NCBI GenBank assembly: GCA_027923505.1
Contig: BROI01000024.1
Span: 124,001 to 188,000, forward strand
Source of the DNA: Mayamaea pseudoterrestris
Taxonomy: Eukaryota
Direction of reading: 5' to 3'
DNA length: 64,000 bases
In this document: piece after piece, positions 57,268 through 64,000 of the stretch
How the letters are laid out: every line of letters starts with the position of its first letter
Position numbering within the stretch: position 1 is the stretch's first letter
The notes under the pieces: generated by a model
Database searches by the model: none
What the model saw: the letters and a program-made list of their open reading frames with translations, nothing else
What the model was told of the DNA's origin: nothing
Program-made: the position numbers and the translations under genes

Positions 57268-58234
57268 TTATCCGTTATTCTTCTTAACCAAAGTCGCCGA
57301 GAGCCAGTCAAGTCCTTCATACAAGCCATCGCCCGTCGTGGCGCAGCATGCTTGAATGTACCACTGACGATACGAAGGACGGAGACCATGCAATCCAAGC
57401 TTGTCAGTCATTTCCGCCGCACTCATGGCATTTGGCAGATCCTGCTTATTGGCAAAGACCAAGAGAACAGCATCGCGCAGCTCGTCCTCGTTGAGCATTC
57501 GGTGTAGCTCATCGCGGGCCGCGTCAATACGGTCAGAGTCATTCGAGTCCACCACGAAAATCAAACCTTGCGTGTTTTGGTAGTAATGGCGCCACAAGGG
57601 GCGGATCTTGTCTTGACCGCCGACATCCCAAACTGTAAATGAAATGTTCTTGTATTCGACAGTCTCCACGTTAAATCCAATGGTAGGAATAGTGGTAACG
57701 ACTGATTTGCATAGATAATGACAGAACGTGTGTGAGCAGTGAGCAGGAGGTGCAGACAAGACTGAAGCGGCGATTTTTAACAAGTCGAGCAACCCACTAA
57801 TCGCACATTCCTCTTTCTCTTCCATAATAAAATCCAATCGTTCAATCAAGCAAATTTCAACGTAAAACCGATTCGGAAGTATAGACTCACCTTCGCCAAG
57901 CTTGAGTTTGTAAAGGATGGTGGTTTTACCAGCGGCATCAAGACCAACCATCAGAATACGCATCTCCTTCTTGCCAAACTATTTCAGCAAATAAAGTATG
58001 TTGAAGATCATGATGAGAAAGAGGGTCAACAAGAATGCAAATTTCAGCAAAGACCGGCAAATGACCAAAAGGGCGTACGAGGCCTACGCAGCCGTACGAA
58101 TCGGCTCCAGCCGACCGTTGCAGCTGCCACGAGTCCTCTCCATTCATCTCCTCCTTTCATTCATTCATTCATCCTTCTTTCTCTCCATCGCCGCTTACCA
58201 TACGCTCCCATAAACGGGAGAAGGTGAGACCCAT
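57268..58234 (-). CDS. ARF1: ADP-ribosylation factor 1; exons 58234-58199, 57978-57891, 57701-57268
   Basis: The spliced product reads [55 protein letters not shown]...[10 protein letters not shown]...NKQD. Confidence 0.96.
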
Positions 58235-58733
58235 GATGCTACTGTTTCTTGTTGCTTTTGTAGTACGACCAACAACTGCACAACCCTTGGAACGCAACCA
58301 AAAGAGTGTGAGGATATCGGTCCAAAAGCAACGCGGAGGATCCAACGCCTTTTGCCTTCCGCAGGCGCGCGCGGAGCATCCAATGCCGCACGTCAAGAGC
58401 TCGCGTGCGAGAAATAACGCGACAAATCACGAGCTCTAGCGAGTGCTATTTCTGAACTACGCTTTGAAATGACTTGTATGGTCATTTCAATCGCAGAGGA
58501 GTTCCAACTCACCAGCCGGCGAAAAGGTCAGTCACAGAGGTCCCGATGTGACATGTAATACTATAGTTACCCGAGTACTCCCTACCGCCCAACAACACGA
58601 GCGAGTCCTGTATGATATGGTATGTATGAACCAAACCTTTTTATTGAGTACATTAGCGACCCAGCCAGTAACACCCCAGCAACTACGGCAAAACAGCTCA
58701 AGATAGGAGCACGACTAAAAAGCTCATTCAGAA

Positions 58734-60432
58734 CTACCGTATCAGCGCCTCTCGCTCCAAATCGCTAGCCGATTTCACTTCCCACTGCCGGAGCCTCTTC
58801 TCCCGCGCTTCTCGGCAGGTTAGAGCCAAAAAGGGTTCCACAATGTGACCTTCGGCATCAAGATGAATCTTGTTAATGACCGCGTCAAAGCCTTGCTTGG
58901 TCATGTAGCGGTGCTGCCGCTTCATCATGTCCTCCAAAACGTTGGTGGCTCGAGAAAGCAGCAGCATGTTCGAATAGTCTGGGTTTTGCATCTTGCTATG
59001 GACGGCCCACCAAAGGTCACGAGTGTCAACGACAATTTCGGAGCCAGCGCAGTCCATGTCCCAGCCAAAGGATTGTCCAACGTTGCGCAGAATGATGCGC
59101 TGCCAGTCTCGATTTGAAACGTCTCGTTTCTTTTGAATGTCCTGCAATCGTTCCAAGTCACCAAGGTATACTCCGTGAAAGCCATGAGAGCGTGATGTGC
59201 CCCATGTGTATCTGTGCGGTATAAGACGATATAAGGTGTTAGCATGCAACCCCAGCAAGGTATTGGCTGCTCAATGATCGCAAACAAACAACGAACCCTT
59301 TAGGCTCCACCATGTATCGAAATTCTTGCTCGATCTGAGGATCGACGGGCTTCAAGTTTTCATCCAGTCGATATAACATTGGAATACCAGTCGGAATCGT
59401 CATTCCTTTAATGTCTTCGTCACTAATTCCGTCAATGTGTTTAATGAGCGTTCGAATCGTGTTGGCATGACTGACAATCAGCGTCTTGTTGCCCGCACGA
59501 ATGGTAGGAACAATGACAGAGTTGAAAAAGGGCATGATGCGAGTCGCGCAATCTTTAAGTGATTCCGTACGTGATGCATCGAGTAACTCATGGTTGAGCT
59601 TGGAGTACCTGGAGGAGAATTGAATTCATATGGCATCTCAGAGACAATTCAACATGCCGACGGGCGTACCTCCCATCCTCTTGACTCACCTTCTGTCACC
59701 GCCATGCCAATAGGGATGATCGTCTTCCATACGAGGTGGTGCAACGTCATAGGACCGTCGCATTTGCATGACCAACTCCTGATCGAGCCCCAGCTCCTGG
59801 AACGCTGTATCCTTATTGTAGCCCTGCAGCGCACCGTAGTGACGCTCGTTCAGTCTCCACGTCTTTGTGACTGGCACCCAGTGCTGTCCAGCATGGTTCA
59901 GTGCCATGTTGCAGCTAAACGACGCTCGCCTCAAAACTGACGTAAAGGCATGATCAATCTCAATGCCATTCTCCGCCAACAATCGACCAGCCGTGCGAGC
60001 CTCTCGTCGGCCCTTGTCTGTCAAATTCACATCGCACCAGCCAGTGTATCGATTCTGTAAGTTCCATTCCGACTCGCCGTGTCGAAGTAAAACGAGCGTG
60101 TAGAGGGAATCTTCTCCATGCTCGGCCAAGTAGTGTGGAGGAGAAGCAGGATCACATGGCATTCCGCCGTTCATGTAGTGATGTGCCGCATGAGAAGAGT
60201 CATTCTGGCCTTGTGATCGCCCTCGTCGCATGGGATGCGAAACGGTGGGTTGTTCAATGGAGGAATCATTGTCCTGAAAGACAGCGCCATTGATCGGACG
60301 AAGTTTAGCGGCAGCTCGAGCTCGAGCTGTCTTGTGCAGCGATACTGGACCTTTATTACCAGATGATTTAGACGAGCAGTTTCTTAACAGCAAACTGCTT
60401 GTGGTCTTGTGACAGCGAAGTAGCTTGTCCAT
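58734..60432 (-). CDS. gpmA: 2,3-BPG-dependent phosphoglycerate mutase with presequence and C-terminal extension; exons 60432-59690, 59608-59297, 59211-58734
   Basis: LVLLRHGESEWN...YTGW, LNERHYGALQG, DRR|Y...TESLKD, VSHANTIR, IPTGIP; both introns are GT-AG and keep the frame. Confidence 0.9.
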
Positions 60433-60801
60433 ATTTCAGACGGCGACTTGTTTGTTCTTGTCCGTCGTGCAACAAGCTCGACGATGCTCGTCGGAACTTC
60501 AACTTACAAAAATGAAAGGATAGAGCACAGGAAGTCAAGAATCGCAGCAGTGGCGTTGTCAACTATACAATGATGGATATGTGAAGCAGGACCTGGTGCA
60601 GCGATGATGTCGATGTTTCAAATTGCCGCGATCTGCTTGCAGAATGGCGTTAACCGCTGCGACAAGTTGCTTAATCTCGCTGCGACATCAATTGGCGATG
60701 CCTTGATCAGCTTCACCATGCAAACAATTGCGACCATTCATGCGTCGGCATGTCCTTTCAGTCGGCGTTCCGTCTATCTATTTGCGACTAACAAAATTAC
60801 T

Positions 60802-61746
60802 ATGAACCCGAAATTACTGCATGCTGCGTTTCTGACGTTTTCATCGCCTCCTCTTTGCTGCCGACGATCGTTGCTGCCGCTTCGTTTCAGCACCTCACTG
60901 CGGTCGCCAAACGAAGAAGCCCTCGACAAGGCAAAGAATGCCATGACACAGCTTGCAACGAGACCCTCGAGCTGGAAGAGGTTTCAGGACTTGGTGGAAC
61001 TCGCACTAGAGCCAGAAATGCATGTCGATAACGCGTCTGCTAAATCAACGATTCGATCGGCGGTCGACGTGGGGACAGATCACGGACTCTTGGCCATTTG
61101 CCTCGCAGCTACGGGACTTTTTTCCAAGGGCGGTGTGATTGGATCTGATGTATCCGAACAAGCCTTGCAGTCGGGAGCTATTCGCACGCTCAAAAATTTG
61201 CAAACATACTGGCAAAAGGCCGACAAGAATCCACTCCCAGTGTCCTTTTGCGTCGGCAATGGACTGCAGTCGCTGGAACCCGGACAAGCCGACCTAATTT
61301 GTATTGCAGGCATGGGCGTGAATACAATACTGGAAATCCTGTCAGTCAAAACTGGAGGAAATTTGCTTCTCGATCGTCTGAAAACGCAACGAATACTGCT
61401 GCAACCAACGAGCTCTCGACCACGACACTTGCTAGCACTATACAGTGGCATGGAGGAGCTAGGCTGGCACGTGCGAGACGAGCGAATGCAAAAGGTTGGA
61501 CCAAGATGGTACTTGTCGTCATCATGGGAACCACATTGCGTGGCGGACGGTGAGGCTGGAGTCGCACTGTGGCCTGGGTCGAAACTAGCGACGGTATCAG
61601 ATGCAGTGTTTCAGTCGTATCTGCAACATCATTGCCAATGGCTTCGCCATGACCTGCAAAAGACTGGTAGGCTTCAAGGTAGCGAACATGCTTGGCTGAA
61701 TGTATACGAATCGTTGCTGAATGATAGCGATCTCGGCAGCGAATGA
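60802..61746 (+). CDS. TrmK-like tRNA (adenine-22-N1) methyltransferase; start uncertain (60604-60802)
   Basis: VDVGTDHGLL, IGSDV, VGNGL, ICIAGMG, ILLQP match the TrmK SAM-methyltransferase signature. Confidence 0.78.
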   Translation: MNPKLLHAAFLTFSSPPLCCRRSLLPLRFSTSLRSPNEEALDKAKNAMTQLATRPSSWKRFQDLVELALEPEMHVDNASAKSTIRSAVDVGTDHGLLAICLAATGLFSKGGVIGSDVSEQALQSGAIRTLKNLQTYWQKADKNPLPVSFCVGNGLQSLEPGQADLICIAGMGVNTILEILSVKTGGNLLLDRLKTQRILLQPTSSRPRHLLALYSGMEELGWHVRDERMQKVGPRWYLSSSWEPHCVADGEAGVALWPGSKLATVSDAVFQSYLQHHCQWLRHDLQKTGRLQGSEHAWLNVYESLLNDSDLGSE

Positions 61747-62072
61747 TCATTGTGCTACGGTGGTTGTTGAAGGAGAGCTCGCCAACCTATAACGACGCTA
61801 CAGTTGTACAATGCATAGTATTCGAGCGGCTCGCTTAATCGGCGAGCAACCAGCTGTAACTTGTTTTTGATCAAATGCCATGATCTTTTGGGATATGTCT
61901 GCATTTGAACTTGTCAAAGCGTTATCAAGCATCGCCATTGTGCCCTTGGTTTGCGCTTGGACGTCATGTAGGCCTCTGGCCTCAATATGCGCAGCTTTAA
62001 CATTTACGTCGTATGCAAAAGAAAGAATGATTATTATTTGCGTACGATACGTGATATTAGATGATGTCACCT

Positions 62073-63578
62073 TCATTTAAGGTCTTGAAACGCGTTGTCA
62101 TCATCGTCATCTACATCGAAATCTCCATCATCCTCGTCATTGTCATTCATTGCATCAGACGCATCGTCGTCAACATCTTCAAACTGAGTTCCCTCAGCAA
62201 TAACGACGGCTTCATTCTCGCCGGCGGCAGCCATTCGCTGACGCGGGGCCTCGTCCACCGAGTCTTGCAAGACGACATATTCTGCTGCATTTCCGTCGCA
62301 TGCCTTGGAGCATGTGTACACGGCAATATTTCCAAAGTTCATACCAGACTGTGCAAAAGCTGCTTGGAGCCCCGTCAGTGGTACATTGCTGGTGTTATCA
62401 GCAGGCGTGTCAGCGTGCTTGTCAACCTCAAGTACATGGAGAAGCGAGGGTAGAATTTGAAACTCAAATACCCTTGACGCTCCGCATGAGCAAGGAGGGA
62501 TTTCTTGTACAGTTCCTTTCTTGTTTGACGCATTCAACGTATGCTTAGTTACTTTGTCATTCTGCCCTGCAGTCGATAAGGGTCTGAATTTGTATGCAGT
62601 GAAATAATGAGCAAAGGTAAGACCATAACGTCAAGCTTATGATCCATAATTAATAAACAGTACTCACATTGACCACATTGGGACACCCCCATATGCATAT
62701 CGCAACACTTGTCGAGGAGACCGCTTCAACCGATCACTGTATGCCAACAGCGCCCGCTCCGACGCAGAAAGTCTTTCATCCCGTTCCTTTCCACCAGAGC
62801 CGCCATCCGCGCCAACGCCTCTCAGAGCCGATAGAATTCCTTCATCTTCCTCCTCGGCCATGTACTTGGCTAACATGGCTTGGATCTTGTCATCTGATGT
62901 TCCAGTGGACATGCCAACATCGTCGTCGTCGTCATCGTTCGCTGCATGGAGGCGTTCGGAGGGTGGCTCCAGCAAGGATGTTAGCGGAAAGGATGGAAAC
63001 TGGATTGAGCGGTTATTCGAAGTCGAATGCTGACCAAAACTCTTTACAGACGGCCTTTCCTGCTTTGTCGGCTTGTTTCTGTTTATCGTAGATGCTTCCA
63101 TAGCGGCAAGTTTGGCTTCCAAGTCATCTACCGAGTCGTCCTTCACAACGTTCCAGTCATTGTCGTCGTTCTTGGCCTCTTTGGCAACAGGAACGACATC
63201 GCTTTCACCAGTAGTTGTAGAATTTACCAGCTTTCGTCGACGACAGACTACTGTGCCACCTCCTCCGTAGCACAGTGCATTGCCCTCTAGCACGCGCGAC
63301 ATGCAGGATGCCTGGTTGCAAGCAAACACTTGCATGCATCGATCGGCCTCTACATCGTTACTGCGCTTGGGAGCAATCAAGTGAACGAGCAAATACATTT
63401 GCGCTTGGCAAATGCTGCAGCAAGGTGGTGCGTCGTTGTCATTCTGCAAATCTGGACTTTCGCCGCCAATGAAGGACGTGCGCGTTGGATCGATTGCCTT
63501 GTTCTTGGCGTAGAGAGTCGGAAGGTACAGCCGAATTTGCTCTCCCTGGTCGCTCCAGTCATCGCCTCCTGCCCACAT
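62073..63578 (-). CDS. PDCD2/TSR4-like protein; exons 63578-62668 and 62583-62073
   Basis: SFIGG, CSICQAQMYLL, VFACNQASC, PRQVLRYAYGGVPMWS|IP, IPPCSCGASRVFEFQILP, MNFGNIAVYTCSKAC. Confidence 0.88.
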
Positions 63579-64000
63579 GATTAGTTTTACCACGAGCGCT
63601 CTTTCTTTCTTCGTTGCGTAACTTTGCTTTTGGTCCAACAGAAATTCGTGTGGAAGTTTGAATGGCGACGACGGCGCGGCGACCACGAACGACGTTGGCT
63701 TCACCGGTGAGACATCAAAGATTCTTTCCCGCGACGTTCAAAATTTCGGCGTCGCCAAGCCGTTCCCATTCTAGACTGGACTTTTTTGGCAGTCATGATG
63801 TTTATAAAGTCGCCGAACGGGCGGTTGTGTGCATATATAGAGTCTACAATACAATCACAGATACGCCACTATTGCTCGGTTTGCCCCGACTCCAGATTTT
63901 CGGAGTTGTTCGAAGAATTACCATCCATCAACGCCTCCCATCCAACGTTATGAGATTTGGCGCACTTGTCAAGTCTCTTCGTAGTCTTAAACATGATCAA

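Noticed and set aside
61798..62076. 92-aa minus-strand ORF between the TrmK-like and PDCD2-like genes
   Set aside because: No recognisable motif or convincing splice link; probably 3' UTR.
37577..63578. Apparent enrichment of translation and ribosome-biogenesis genes (eEF3-like, Pol5, mS26-like, EBP2, TrmK-like, TSR4-like)
   Set aside because: They are interspersed with unrelated genes, and I cannot show enrichment beyond chance in a compact genome.

Overview
This is compact, gene-dense eukaryotic nuclear DNA with short GT-AG introns. It is most likely from a diatom, inferred from bipartite signal+'AF' plastid-targeting presequences and two diatom-type (CoDi-like) Ty1/copia elements. From left to right it holds a 5'-truncated giant modular LRR protein gene, then RTEL1, then a tandem segmental duplication of [RTEL1 3' end - PELO - UFD1 - HSF - cyclin-L-like] (copy A 9064-23364, copy B 28365-34722). 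The duplication junction is filled by a frameshifted copia that has only its 3' LTR. Copy A also carries an 8-kb copia insertion (11420-19407) with identical 234-bp LTRs, non-canonical TA...GA termini, a CTCAT target-site duplication confirmed by the empty site in copy B, and an extra hydrophobic ORF between gag and pol. The right half is a run of housekeeping genes: NHX antiporter, eEF3-like ABC-F ATPase, DeSI/PPPDE, NASP-like, RPB9, Pol5/MYBBP1A, RINT1, mS26-like, nitroreductase, argB, EBP2, ARF1, phosphoglycerate mutase, TrmK-like and TSR4/PDCD2-like. It is interrupted by a ~175-bp tandem repeat array (53200-54057) with alternating unit types. All assignments come from reading motifs by eye; no database search was run.
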